Of a stretch of DNA of 64,000 nucleotides, positions 8,800-21,399 are shown piece by piece. A program made the position numbers and the translations under genes. The stretch comes from Anthoceros angustus. Its lineage: Eukaryota > Plantae > Anthocerotophyta. Below the pieces are notes generated by a model. The model made no database searches, was not told where the DNA came from, and saw only the letters and a list, made by a program, of their open reading frames with translations. The stretch is taken from positions 1,116,001-1,180,000 of the forward strand of contig VJWM01000025.1 of NCBI GenBank assembly GCA_010909165.1. Reading direction: 5' to 3'. Each line of letters begins with the position of its first letter. Within the stretch, counting starts at the first letter, position 1.

Positions 8800-11333
8800 A
8801 TGCAACCGGAGATGGAGGAGGACGAGGTTCCGGTGGCGGCCGGAGCTCTCCGGAAGAGGAGGAGCGCCGGCCTCGTGGTCCGGCGGAGGCGAGCGGGGGC
8901 CCATGGCTCGCAACATGTCCAGCCGGGGTCTTGAATCGAGGCTTTTGAGGAGGAGGTGACCCTCCTCGTCAGAGGAGCAGGGCGGCCGCACCAGAAAGAA
9001 GAAGAAGGGAATCCGCAACTGTCAGTCTCCTGAAGATGAGAAGGCGAATGGCTGGTAAGAATGCTCCTAACGTCGCCCTCCATAATTCGACGCATGTAAG
9101 AATTGAAGCATCTTGTTTTGATTTCCATGCAGAGCACACCAATCAAGCGAAAGAGGAAGGCAAGATCTCGGTGGTGATGGAGAAGAGGTGGGCGGGCGGA
9201 AAAATTAAGGAAGTCGAGGAAGCATGCAGAGGAAGCCGTTGCGGGCGACCACGCTGCCGAGCAGCGGAGCTCCTTTGCAGGAGGATGACTATCCGGAGAT
9301 GGTTCGCACTCGGGCCTACAAGAAGCGGGTGCAAACCACAACATTCGACATTCACATATATTTTCGTCACGCTTCATTTCTAAGATGCTCGGATAAGGAA
9401 GGTGGATGAGGCATGGATGAAGTGCCTTGTTCGACAGCGAGTCCCTGTGAAGGAAGGGCGCTCCCACTTTTGTGCATGATTGATCCAAAGACAGGCTTGA
9501 AGAAAGAAGATGCAGACCGGAGAGATCGAGCTCAAAGATTACACCCTAGGGGTGCTGGGAGGGAACCATTGCTATGCCATGCGGACGAAATGTATCCGCG
9601 GAAGATAAATTTCAATGGCTCGAGGCCATGTATGTCGAGCAGAGGAAGAAATGAGGTCGGGTGATCACAATGTGTGCGACAAGAGGAAGAAGCTTGGTTT
9701 TATTGAACAAGTCGCTACATACATGATGAGCTTGAGATTTGGCACCGGACACACCCGATGGAAAACCTCTGCTGGAAGTTCAATGTGTACAAGTTCTTTG
9801 GGGATCTTTGGAGGCTGGAAACTCAAGGACACGATTATGTGGAAGATGGTGGACAGGAAGACTGCGTTGAGGATTGCAGTGCGAGGGTAAATTGGGAGAA
9901 CGTGGACACCATTTTCCGGATGTGGGAGAAGTGCGAACTCCCAGGCGGGGAGCAGCCGATCGGGGGCAGCGGCGGAAAGCAAACGGAAGCCACAAGACCC
10001 AACTACAACAGCGGCCCTTCGGCCCCCTCGTCCGGCTCCAATGCTCGGAAGGGCATGGAGAGCATTCCAAGGAGTCCCGAAGGACGAGAAGGGTGAGGAG
10101 ATGTTGATAGCAGTGACCCAGAAGGTCATCCAAGGGAAACTGCAGCTAAAAGATATGGATACTGATGTTGGCAACAGGAAGAAGATTAACCTTATCGAGC
10201 ATGCCTTTCGAAAGGCTATGAAGTGTGCCACCTTCGCTGAAGTCGCCAAACAGTTTCCCAAGCATACCGAGGCCAAGGAATTGGCGAAGTTTCAAACAGC
10301 TTTTGCGAAAGTGGTAAGTGAGTGTATTCGTTGGGGGTCGGTCGTGGGCGCCGCGGTCGTTGCGTGGCCTTGCCGGCCGGCACCGGCGTGCGCGGTGGCC
10401 GGCACTTCTTGGGTGGCCGCCTCCCCTCGCGCCGGTTCATTTTGGAGTCGGCCGTGCGCCACCACAATCGCCGTGACCGGCGCCTCCACTCAATGAGTTT
10501 TTGACCACTCATTGCTTGCGGCGGGAGACATTGAGGATTTGAAAGCCCGCCAAAACCTTTCCAAGATTTTGTTTATATAGCATCGAAAGCGGATGGAAGA
10601 AGAGCGAAAACAAATGGCCGACAAGGACATGGATGCGGTGCGTTTGAGTGCCGGTCTTGGACAAAGTGGCATATCGGTGGTGCATCGAGACATTTTGGAT
10701 ATGAAAGGATTTTTGCCACCGAGGAGGTATACTCTTCTTTTGCGACCTCCCTCGAGGTTTCTGACGAGAATGACAAGGCTTTCGTTGAAGAAGAATTGAA
10801 AGAGATCATCGCTCTTTCAACGAGAAGACCACGCGATGTGTTAGGATAATTCTTATGCATGGGGTGGATGGGGTGATTCAAGCCGTGGAGGCTTTGAGGT
10901 CTTGGTGCGGGAAAGGAGTCATTCAAACCCACGGTATGGGAAAACCAACATCCCTAACGGTGGTCTTTGGAAGCAGTGGAATATTTGGATGGGAAGCGCG
11001 GTGAGGAGTCCAATGTCGGAAAAGCTCCTCTTTTCCGGCAAAGACATCAAACAGTCTGCCCGAGTTATCCGACATGGGACCGTGGTGAAGAAGGCGATTT
11101 ACCACATCGGTGATAAGATGGTCGTATCGCCATATCGAAACCGTGGGCTTATTAGGCATGTTGGTGAACATGTTCTCCAACGAGCACTGTTGTGGCCTTT
11201 GTGCGGGATCGGGATCATTTTGGTGGCGGGATTCAACGGAAAAGGAACGTTGTGGCCATTGACAAAGACGCACGATGCTCAATGTATATGTCGAGTGAAG
11301 CGGGTTGGGCGGGCGGACGAGTTCAAGAAATAA
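8800..11333 (+). pseudogene. ParB-like domain plus beta-class DNA N4-cytosine/N6-adenine methyltransferase-like gene (frameshifted; intron 10314-10580)
   Basis: EAVAGDHAAE (9232-9261, ParB xGxH-type); in-frame splice AFAKV|HRKRMEEE; SVVHRDILDM...TLL(F)CDLP(Y/F) motif IV-like (10741-10752); SPY(Q)KPVGLLGMLVNMFSNE..VV(D)LCAGSGSF(L)VAG(I)QRKRNVVAIDKD motifs X-I-II (11127-11269). Confidence 0.7.
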
Positions 11334-11879
11334 CAACAGATAAGTTTTCGCGGGGCCCTGGCAAGTTTTGGGCAAGGAGATGCATGCGGACGGAGGCATT
11401 GGCAGGAAAATGCAAGTGTATAGCTTGCTTGGAAAGAAGGGTCGAATGAAGGACTCCACCCGGGACGGCCGGCGGTTGAAGACCAAGCGGCATTGACAAT
11501 ATGGGATGAAAACGGCACACTACCACGCAGACCAGGCTCAGCGTTTTCGTTTTGCGAGTTGAAGGTGATGACTTTGGTGACACGGAAAAGGCGGGATTTG
11601 GAAAATGTAGAAAGCGGTGCAGTTCGGAGCTCAATTTGGTTGAAGTAGATGACCCTTTGGGTAGCAGGACTTGTGAGCGGTGGGGCTCTGTCCGGTTGGC
11701 CATATAATTCCGTTTTGACCCTTCGTGGAAAATGCGACTTTGATTTGAATGCATATTACGTGTTTTGGACCCATAGTCTTGGCATCTGCCCTTTCCCAGT
11801 AAGTCTCGGAAGGGTCGGCCGGGACGGCGCCGAAACAAAAGTGTGCATACATGGAAAAAACCTCGATTTACTTACATTG

Positions 11880-13259
11880 TTCTAAGTGGAACTCGCCATT
11901 AAGCACATCTCTTTTAAAAACACGTGTTTTGCATGATATGAGAAAGGGGTGGCAACCTCCGCCCAAAGCGCAAAAGAGGCTTTCAAGAATCCGCCGATAT
12001 TGCGCGGAGTCTGTTCCAAATCGGCATTCAAGGCATATGAGATAGGCACCGTATTCAAGGGCTTCTTTTCTCTTGAGGATAGAGCACAGAGTGAGGGACG
12101 GAGGGTTTGCATAGTGCTTTCCATTGCCGCCGCTAATGCTTTTGCCAGTCAGCTGCAGGCTGGTCTCTATTCCTAGGTCAGATGCGTACCAGTAGCAGTG
12201 AGTGGGCGTATGCTGCACCGCCAGTCAGTCCAAATATGCCACAAAATGCGGCACAAGAAGACACTATGCTAGGAGTGTGGAGGCACAGAGAGCTGGGCTC
12301 TTCATCGCAACCTCAGGTCCGAGAATGTCTGTACTCCATGGACATGCTCAACTTAGCCCACCAATTCCCTTGGATCTTACAAGTTACATACTCTGCGCCA
12401 GTTTAAAGACGATTCGAGATGTGGATCACCGTGATTCCATTGCTGAAGATGTAATCACCAAGAAATGCCAAAGAATGCAAAAGAGCACCAATTGGGAGCA
12501 TTGTTGTTGAAGAACGTGCATGAGGCTTCAGGCCGACTTTCGGCCGATTGATGGTCAAACCGCGCCGCTGACAACCTCCGTGTCACAGGTAGTAAAGGTT
12601 CGCGTGCACAAGCGAATGGACTCGTGCTTATCTACCGAGCTCTACAACCTATCGCCCGAATCCACCTATCATAAGTCATCCGGCGGCTACCCACAACCCT
12701 AAGTGTGTGCCTCCACAACTCGTCGGACTGCACGGGCCAGCCCACCGGACCTTCCCACAACCCCGCCCCTTGGGTTTCTCTGAAGACCACCGAACAGGTT
12801 TAGCAACCACGTTCACGTTTATTTAATTTGCCACCGGCTCGGGCTGGTCCTATTCCTAGTCGCATGCGACTGCGGGTAGTGGGCGGATGTACCGCCGCAC
12901 CATGCCACAAAATGCGGGTATGAAGACATCAAGTGCTAGAGTGTAGAGGCATAGAGAGCGTCGGTGGGCTCTTACTGCAAATTCTCGTGTCCGAGAATGC
13001 TCTGTGCATCGGAAGCTGGATGTGGCTTGCAACTTAGCCCACCAATTCCTTGACCTTACAAGTTCATATACAGGCCAGTGCCGGAAAGACATTCTGGAGA
13101 TGTGATCAGCTGCATTCCATTGCTGAAGATGTACCGGCCAGTAGCTGCAAAGAATGCAAAAGAGCACCAATTGGGAGCATTGTTGTTGAAGAATGTGCAT
13201 GAGGCTTTGTGGCGCGACTTTCGCTGATGGCCAGCCGGGCGCGCACAATCCCGTGTCGT
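11880..13259. other. Unassigned, partly duplicated coding-like sequence flanking the LTR-like unit
   Basis: 12160-12570 and 12840-13259 are diverged copies of each other; no motif recognised. Confidence 0.3.
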
Positions 13260-16200
13260 TGTAGTAAGGGGTTCGTGCACAAGGAATGGACTCGTGCTTA
13301 TTCCGCCTGAGCTCTACAACCTATCGCCTGAACGGACTTCATCATGTTGGGTCCGGCGGCTCCACAACCCTAAGTGTGTGCCCCTCCACAACTCGCTGCA
13401 CTGCACGCCACCACCGGACCTTCCCACAAACCCCGCCGGGTTTCTCCAAGACCACCGAACAGGTTTAGCAACACGTCTCCGCCCACGTACTCGAAGCGCC
13501 CTCAACTCGTCCGCCACAACTCCACCTCAACACAGCACCGCCAAGATGCAAAAGAATGCAAAAGAGCACCAATTGGGAGCATTGTTGTTGAAGAATGTGC
13601 ATGAGGCTTTGTGGCGCGACTACCGATGGTAAAGGCGCACAATCCGTGTCGTTGTAGTAAGGGGTTCGCGTGCACAAGGAATGGACTCGTGCTTATTCCT
13701 GAGCTCTACAACCTATCGCCTCGAATCGGACTTCATCATGTTGGGTCCCGGCTCCACAACCCTAAGTGTGTGCCTCCACAACTCGTCGGACTGCACGCTG
13801 CCAGCCCACCGGACCTTCCCACAAACCCCGCCTGTTTCTCCAAGACCACCTAACAGGTTTAGCAACACGTTCCGTATTCTAGCCACGCGGCCTCCTCAAC
13901 TCGTCCGCCACAACTCCACCTCAACACACACGCGAACGCCGACCCTCCTCCCTTTATCCATCCCCAACTAGTAGTCACAACACCAACACGCTGGATGTAT
14001 TCACACTGTGCCGCCTTTGCCCCTTCCTACTGCTTTTCCACGCTTTGGCGGAGAAGTGTCTTCACACTGCAACCCCAGCCTCCGCTCCAGCCGCCCATGG
14101 ATGGCTTCCGCCTCAGCAGGTCACCCTCAAGCGCCTCCTAAGCCCTTACCGCTTCACGTTTATGGAGAAGTAGCCACCCTGCAACCCCACGCCTCCATTC
14201 CAGGCCTCCGTGGATGGCTTCGCAGGTCACCCCAAGCGCCTCCTAATCCCTTCCGGTTTCACTGCTCATGAGAAGTGGCTTGCATGCAACCCCACGTACC
14301 TCCATTCCAAGAGCCTCTGGTTAGTCTCGCACCCGGAGTCACTCGAGCATCGCTGTGTGCCCGACCACGGCCCCGCACCCATCAAGCGCAGGTTGGAGCC
14401 TGCCACTGCAGCTCTCGACATCCTCTACCACCAATTAATCCCGCCGGCGGAGGAACACACCCGCCTCCTCGAACACGGAGGTAAGAGCACACTGTGAGGC
14501 GAAGATGGTACTGGGATAGTCTGCCGTCTTGGACGCCTCAGCAGGTCACCCTCAAGCGCCTCCTAAGCCCTTCCTACCGCTTCACGCTTTATGGAGAAGT
14601 AGCTTCACCGAACCCCACGCCCATTCCACTCCTGTGGATGGCTTCCGAGGTCACCCCAAGCGCCTCCTAATCCCTTCCGGTTTCACGTCGCTCATGAGAA
14701 GTGGCTTGCACTGCAACCCCGCTGTACCCATTCCAAAGAGCCTCTGTGTTAGTCTCGCACCCGGGAGTCACTCGAGCATCGCTGTGCTCAGGCCCGACCA
14801 CGGCCGCACCCAAGCGTGTTGGTGGAGCCTGCCACCGCAGCTCTCGACACATCCTCTACCACCAATAATCCCGCCGCGGAGGAACACACTCCGCCTCCTC
14901 GAACACGGAGGCAAGAGCACACGAGTGCGAAGATGGTACTGGGATCCTCACGTCCTTGGACGCCAGCCTTCCTATATACCCCTATACCCTAATCTAACCT
15001 CCTATGTATGTATCCTAACCTCGCTATGTATGTACCTAACCCCTGGTCGTGGTAACACTTAACGTAGCTCATCATCACACGGACTTCTTCCACCACCGCT
15101 TCCCCGCTTAAACAAGAGATCCATTCCGTGCTATGCCCACTACGGTATTAAGCCGCCTGGCCGGACCACTCCTGACCGCCTCGACGGACCACCCGTCGGA
15201 CCTCGCCCGGACGGACCACTGTCGAACCTCGGACGGACCGGACCTCATTGACCAATTACGATTTAACGGACTTGAGGTCTAGGGATTGCACAATTGCAGT
15301 GCAATCTGCCAAAATGCTTTATTGGCTACTCCACCCATCCTTATCCTCTAAGAAGTGACAACCTAAAAAAAACAAATCAAGTCAAATAAGTCGCTGAGGT
15401 CATGAACCTGATCGGATTGGCGCTCCACAACCCTAAGTGTGTGCCCCTCCACAACTCGCTGCACTGCACGCCACCACCGGACCTTCCCACAAACCCCGCC
15501 GGGTTTCTCCAAGACCACCGAACAGGTTTAGCAACACGTCTCCGCCCACGTACTCGAAGCGCCCTCAACTCGTCCGCCACAACTCCACCTCAACACACGC
15601 GCCGCCGCGACCCTCCCTTTATCCATCCCCAACTAGTAGTCACAACACCAACACGCGGATGTATTCACAGCCGCCTTTGCCCCTTCCTACTGCCTTCACG
15701 CTTTTGGAGAAGTGTCTTCACTGCAACCCCACACCTCCGCTCCAGCCGCCCATGGATGGCTTCCGCCTCAGCAGTGGTCACCCTCAAGCGCCTCCTAAGC
15801 CCTTACCGCTTCACGTTTATGGAGAAGTAGCCACCCTGCAACCCCACGCCTCCATTCCAGGCCTCCGTGGATGGCTTCCAGCAGGTCACCCCAAGCGCCT
15901 CCTAATCCCTTCCTGTTTTCACGCTCATGGAGAAGTGGCTACCGCAACCCCACCTCCATTCCAGCCTCTGTGGTTAGTCTCGCACCCGGAGTCACTCGAG
16001 CATCGCTGCTCGCCCACGGCCCCGCACCCATCAAGCGTGTTGGTGGAGCTCACCGAGCTCTCGACACATCCTCTACCACCAATTAATCCCGCCGGCGGAG
16101 GAACACACTCCGCTCCTCGAACACGGGAGGCAAGAGCACACGGAGTGCGAAGATGGTACTCGGGATAGTCTGCCGTCTTGGACGCCAGGCCTTCCTATAT

Positions 16201-16659
16201 ACCCCCTATACCCTAATCTAACCCGCCTATGTATGTATCCTAACCCTGCTATGTATGTACCCTAACCCTGGGTCGTGGTAACCGCCGGAACGTAGCTCAT
16301 CATTGCGCCGGACTTCTTCCACCAGCTGCTTCCCCGCCAAACAGTAGATCCATTCCAGGCTATGCCCACCAGATTAAGCCGCCCGGCCAGACCACTCCGT
16401 CGGACTTCGCCCGAACGGACCACCCCGTCGGACCTCGCCCGGACGGACCACTCTGTCGAACCTCGCCCGGACGGACCACTCCGTCGGACCTCACCCGAAC
16501 GGACCGAGGGTCTAGGGATTGCACTGTAAGTGCAATCTGGCCAAAAATGGCCTTATTGGCTAACTCCACCCTATCCCTGCTAAGAAGTGACAACCCAAAA
16601 AAACAAATCAAGCCTAAAACAAGTCGCCGAGGTCATGAACACTGGATTGGCGCTCCACA
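13260..16659 (-). mobile_element. LTR-like unit (~1.4 kb, TGTAG...CCACA) in several overlapping copies (plus a partial copy at ~12580-12815)
   Basis: TG/CA termini; minus-strand TATATAGGAAGG at ~14970 and ~16195; short cggaccac repeat array; no coding capacity; no clean TSD. Confidence 0.55.
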
Positions 16660-17522
16660 GGCTTGCACAAGCATGAAGGCAATCCAAGCATACTATCTAC
16701 GAAAGCGAGGAACACCCTTATTTAACATCCCCATCTTCGCTGTGAGGATAATTCAGCCCAACCACTGGTTTCAATAAGCTTCAGTAGCATTGCGTGAGTA
16801 GGAGGTGATCCATCGAGCCCTGGGCACAAGGCAAGATGCGCATGTTCCAAGTGAGAGAACTTGGTTGGGTGCCGGGAGGAAACCAAGATCTAACATATTG
16901 TTAATCAGACACAAAATACAATATCGCGGTTCATTTGGGAGAGAAGGTTGAAGCGTACCTATTGTACCTGGTGGATGTTGATGTCTTCCCTTGTTTGTTG
17001 AATGTGGTGAGATTTTAGTGAACCATTTATGCAGGCTGTTTTGCGAGACACTGGCTGACGATTGGCCACTCCTCTGTTTGTGTTCTAGCTGTGTACTTCC
17101 CGGGTTGCTGGCCACCAGTGGTGATGGTGACCACCTCGCGGGTTGCTAGCCATTAGTGGTGCTAGTGGCCACCTCCCGGGAGTTGTTAATACCAAAAGAT
17201 GCTTCTTTGGTCATGTATTACATGTGGTAATAATGGCCACATGTGGTGATTGCCACCTGGTTACCTCTTCTGGTCGCTAAAGTGCCCTCTGGGCCATGGC
17301 ATAATGGCCCACTATGCGTATGGCAACCTGGATACTTGCTCAATTGCTCCATTTGATTGTGGACATGTGGCTAGCCGATCATATGGCTGCTTTGCCACTT
17401 ACTTACGCACCACATGTCCACATGTCCACTTGATGACACAGTAGTACACTTTGTCACCTGCTCACTTGTCACTTGGAGTTAATGATATGGCTGATGTATT
17501 TGTTCTTCTATTGCATGTCCAG

Positions 17523-17890
17523 ACGGAGTTCTATCTTCGCTGTTGTCAAGAGCACCCAGAAATACAAGTAGGCAATGGTCATTTGAGAAGTTGAAGCTGT
17601 TTTTTGTGAAAAGCTTGCAAGAGCGGAATCTCTGCTGTTGTCGGTACCACGTCGAGATGGCTTTCCTCAAGGATGCCTTAATTTAATGGCCTACGGGGCA
17701 TAGTTTCCAAGGTTCACCCCACGGCCAGTGTCACTGTTCATGTGTGGTGTGTGCTCCTCTGGCTGGTGAGCAAGCACCCCCTTGTAACGCTGGTTCCACT
17801 TGTTTGGTGTCTGTTAGGCAACTTTGTGAACGTATTCTCTGTGCAAAGGGCGAGGATGCTCCTTGGCATTTCCTTGCATGCTTGCAAGGA
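17523..17890 (+). pseudogene. Fragment of a Sola2-like transposase (Cys-rich N-terminal part), preceded by a repeat-rich intron
   Basis: AG|TEFYLRCCQEHPEIQVG..FEKLKLFFVKSLQERNLCCCRYHVEMAFLKDA...ILCAKGEDAPWHFLACLQG, homologous to 52150-51560 (-). Confidence 0.75.
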
Positions 17891-18066
17891 TATCGAGACT
17901 CTATCAGCATGTGCTTGGCCTCAATGCACTTCAACAAGTAATACTCAACCCCTTCATCTTCAGGCTCTGCCAAGACAAGGAAATTGTCGCCAACTTCTAG
18001 GATATGTGCCATCTTTGAGACATCAACAGCACCCTCATCCTCAGCCTCACCTGCAGGAACAAGTGG
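17891..18066 (-). pseudogene. C-terminal part of the outer Sola2-like transposase (continues from 61534)
   Basis: PAGEAEDEGAVDVSKMAHILEVGDNFLVLAEPEDEGVEYYLLKC; joins LTLEP at ~61540 once the Copia element is removed. Confidence 0.75.
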
Positions 18067-18290
18067 TGATGAGAATCATACACAAGCTCAAGCAATATGT
18101 GTTGCATTACATTCATAATAGAAAGTACATGCCTTTATGTAGGCAAGGTTGTTGTAACCAATAAGTGGTTGTAACAACTAACCAATTAAATAACTACTAA
18201 AAGAAACTACCTAGAGTCCTAAGGACTAAATTAATTATTAAGTCCTAGGTGCCCTAGTGAAGAGTGCCCTAATAGTAAGCTATTTTATCA
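18067..18290 (-). repeat. Copia 3' LTR (224 bp), preceded on the minus strand by PPT GAGTGGGAG (18299-18291)
   Basis: tgatgagaatc...tattttatca, matches 61313-61533. Confidence 0.92.
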
Positions 18291-19949
18291 CTCCCACTCA
18301 CTATGAACTAGGGGTGATTTTCGACCAAAAGAGGTCTAGGAAAACTAGTCTAGTAAAAACTAGTCCCTAACTAAACTTTACTTAAAGGCATAAAGTAAAA
18401 CTTAAGGTAAAACTGAAAGTAATAATCACTATTAAAATAACTCCCACTTAAGGAGAACGAGATGAGAAACTAATAACCCAACTTCAGAATAGGTGGAATT
18501 AAAACTAATTAAAAGTATTTAAGCGGATTTATATATAGAGGAAAATCCAGAAAATACCTAATTTCCGAAAAGGAAAATCAAAAGGATAATGGATAATACC
18601 CTTCTTCCTCAAACTTCACGAACGCGATCGACAACTTGGTGGTTGGTACATGTGCGGTGATGGCGATGGCGGAGGGTGGCTACCGCAGCAAGGCGCGCCA
18701 ATCCGCCCAGGGAGGCGCCACGGGGGGCGCCATCGCGCCTGTCGAGCCCAGCCCCTCTCGCCGCGCCCCGCGCGCCGCCGTAGCCGCGCCCTTCCAGATC
18801 TGTCCGGCGTCCAGGCGCTCAGGCGCCCCGCCAAACAAAAGGACAGGCGCCCCTACTGCTGATGCATAATCGTGTCCTGCGGTGATGAAGAGTCTCGCCT
18901 CCACGGACCTCGTCCTTCCTGCGCCTTTCGTAAAGAAATCTCCTTCATTGATCGACCTCATCCTCGGAGGATGAAGCGAAGAGATGCCTAAGGATCCCTG
19001 AGGACGCTCCGGCCCCAGAGGAAAAGCTGTCCAAGTGTAAGATTGCGTCTTCATTTTCGCCATGTCTTCATTTTCGCCATGTCTTCATTTGTGAAGCAAT
19101 TGTTTGGATGTGCTCACCAAAGGGGAGGAAGCGCAGCCTAGGTGATGAGGACGTGCCCCTCTCAATGAATGATGCTCCCGCAAAAAAGCCCACCTCCAAA
19201 AGTGTTTGTAGGAAAGATTGCTGCCCATCTTATGCTTCTAAGAAGAAGCTATGACACAAGTGGATTACAAGGATGCTATGACTTGATGGATAAAAGGCAC
19301 ACTTGTGTGGGCGTTTGCGAGCGAGATGGGTGGAGACGGCATGGGAGGATATGACAAGGAAGGGCGAAAAGAAAGGTGCAATATATTAAATAAGGTTATC
19401 CAAGATTTTAAGCATCCTAATTTCTATATGAGTTTTAGGATCATAATAACCTAGCATAAATTTTCTGCTTGATGCGTAAACACATTTTGTTTCCCTAAGT
19501 GTATTAAAGACAAAAACATGGGCTATTATAAGCCGGAATTCTACCAAAAGGTGACCAGAAAAATAAAGTATACATACTCACCTTAGGTTTAAGTGAAAAG
19601 GAGATGTCCGGACTCCTATATATGTGAGGAAACTACCATCCACATGATAAAAATAGCAAGTCTCCCATGTGAGGAATTTCCAGGACATATCAAACATATT
19701 TTCCGTAGGTGCCTTTGGTGCTAAGGGAATTTATTGTTTTAATCACATAAATACTGCTTAAATATTATTTTTATTTTTAATATAAATATTCCAGGTTCTA
19801 TGTTGGCCGTCTATGAAGAGGAAGGCGGGATGACCTAAGCTATTTTGAGATAGAAGAAGAAAAATGTTCAGAAAAATAGTAAGACAATAATTTTTGGGCT
19901 AAGATTTTAAGGTTATCTTAAATCGGCCCTAAGGCTGCTAGGGTGAGTA

Positions 19950-21141
19950 TTAGGTTAAAGGTTTGGACAGTGTGTCCATTATACCCAAACATTTCATGTG
20001 TTTCCTATGTAACTCAATTCCCAATGACTTTGTTAATAAATCAGCATTGTCTAAAGTTTGAACATAACTAATATTTATGGTTTGATCTTCTAACTTTTCC
20101 CTTATGTAGTGATACTCAACAGCTATATGTTTAGTTCTAGAATGAAAAGGATTTCGTGCAAGTGCAATGGCACCGCTATCACTAAACAAAGATGTAGGCT
20201 TAAGTTGAGGATGGTGAAGTTCACTCAAAACTAACTTTGGACCACACTATGTCTTTAGAACCGAGGTTAGTACCACTGTACTCGATTCGATTGACAAAGC
20301 TATAGTAGGTTGTTTCTTACTTGACCAGATATTGGTGCTCCTCCCAAGAGTAATACATACCCCGATCTGATTTCGTGTATGGTCAGATAGTCGGCATGCA
20401 TATGCCGTTAGAGTTAATGTGTTGATAGCTGGTGTATGCTTGAACATCGATCCTGTACATAGTGCCTTTAAGGTATCTAATATACTTAAGACATCCGATG
20501 CTCACGTCCGATTCTCAAGAATTTTGACTTCAAAAGATATATCTGGTCTCGTAAAATTGCATAAATATATTAGAGTGCCAACAGCGGCGGTATGGAACTG
20601 ACATTTCTAGCTTTTCTTCAGCTTTTGGGACTCATATCGAGGTAAGCTAACACCACTTGCAAAAGGTGTGGGTGCAGCTTTGCATCCTCAAGTCCAAATT
20701 TAGCTAAACTCTCCTTAATATACTTGGTTTGAACTATACTTAGAGTCTTATTACCTCTATTTCGTATAATATTAACACCAAGTGCATATGTCATTTCTCC
20801 TAGATCGGACATCTCAAATAGAGTCCTAAGCCATGCTTTAGTTTCGGCTAGAGAGTGAGGGAGTTTGTTGCCATAAAAACATCATCAACATAAAGTAGAA
20901 GATAAAATATATCATTGCGGATATTAGGATGTACATACAAGCATCACCGGCTTTGCTTAAATCCTCTCCCAATAAGTTGTACATGTATGGTTAAATTCCA
21001 ATTCTTGCCTGACTGCTTAAGGCCATACAAACCTTTGATGAGTCGGCATACCCAATCTTCTTTGCCTTTGACTTCGTAACCCTCGGGTTGTCTCATGTAT
21101 ATTTCCTCTTGCAGGCACCCATACAAATATGCTGTCTTAAC
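19950..21141 (-). pseudogene. pol: Copia pol: RT C-terminal part and RNase H
   Basis: VKTAYLYG.LQEEIYMRQPEG, LYGLKQS, LYVDD, MSDLGE, SSKKQPTIALS, RTKHIAVEYHYIRE, ADLLTKSL. Confidence 0.93.
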
Positions 21142-21399
21142 GGGTCTAAGCACAGTATGGTGACCACAACTTCTGGAAACGCAGAAACCGTCCCCAGTTG
21201 GCATGTTTGAGTTCTGTGGAATATGTTTTATGCAAAAATATTTTCAAATTGATCTCAATTTTAGTATACAATACGTTTTTTGGGAGGAGAATTTTGTTGA
21301 ATTTTTTTCCCCATAAAAACATGCATAACATATATCATTGCCATTATTACCTGAATTAACGGTGGGACAAATGACAATTTCAGTGACTAAGTACCCTTG

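Noticed and set aside
8800-11333. Bacterial or phage contamination as the source of the MTase
   Set aside because: The gene has a GT-AG intron that preserves frame and is embedded among eukaryotic TEs.
13255-16664. TSD for the LTR-like unit
   Set aside because: Flanks gtcgt and ggctt do not match, so solo-LTR status is not proven.
18291-18618. Longer Copia LTR ending at ...cttcctca (18611)
   Set aside because: Similarity to the right LTR stops at 18290, where the PPT begins, and the TSD fits the 224-bp LTR.
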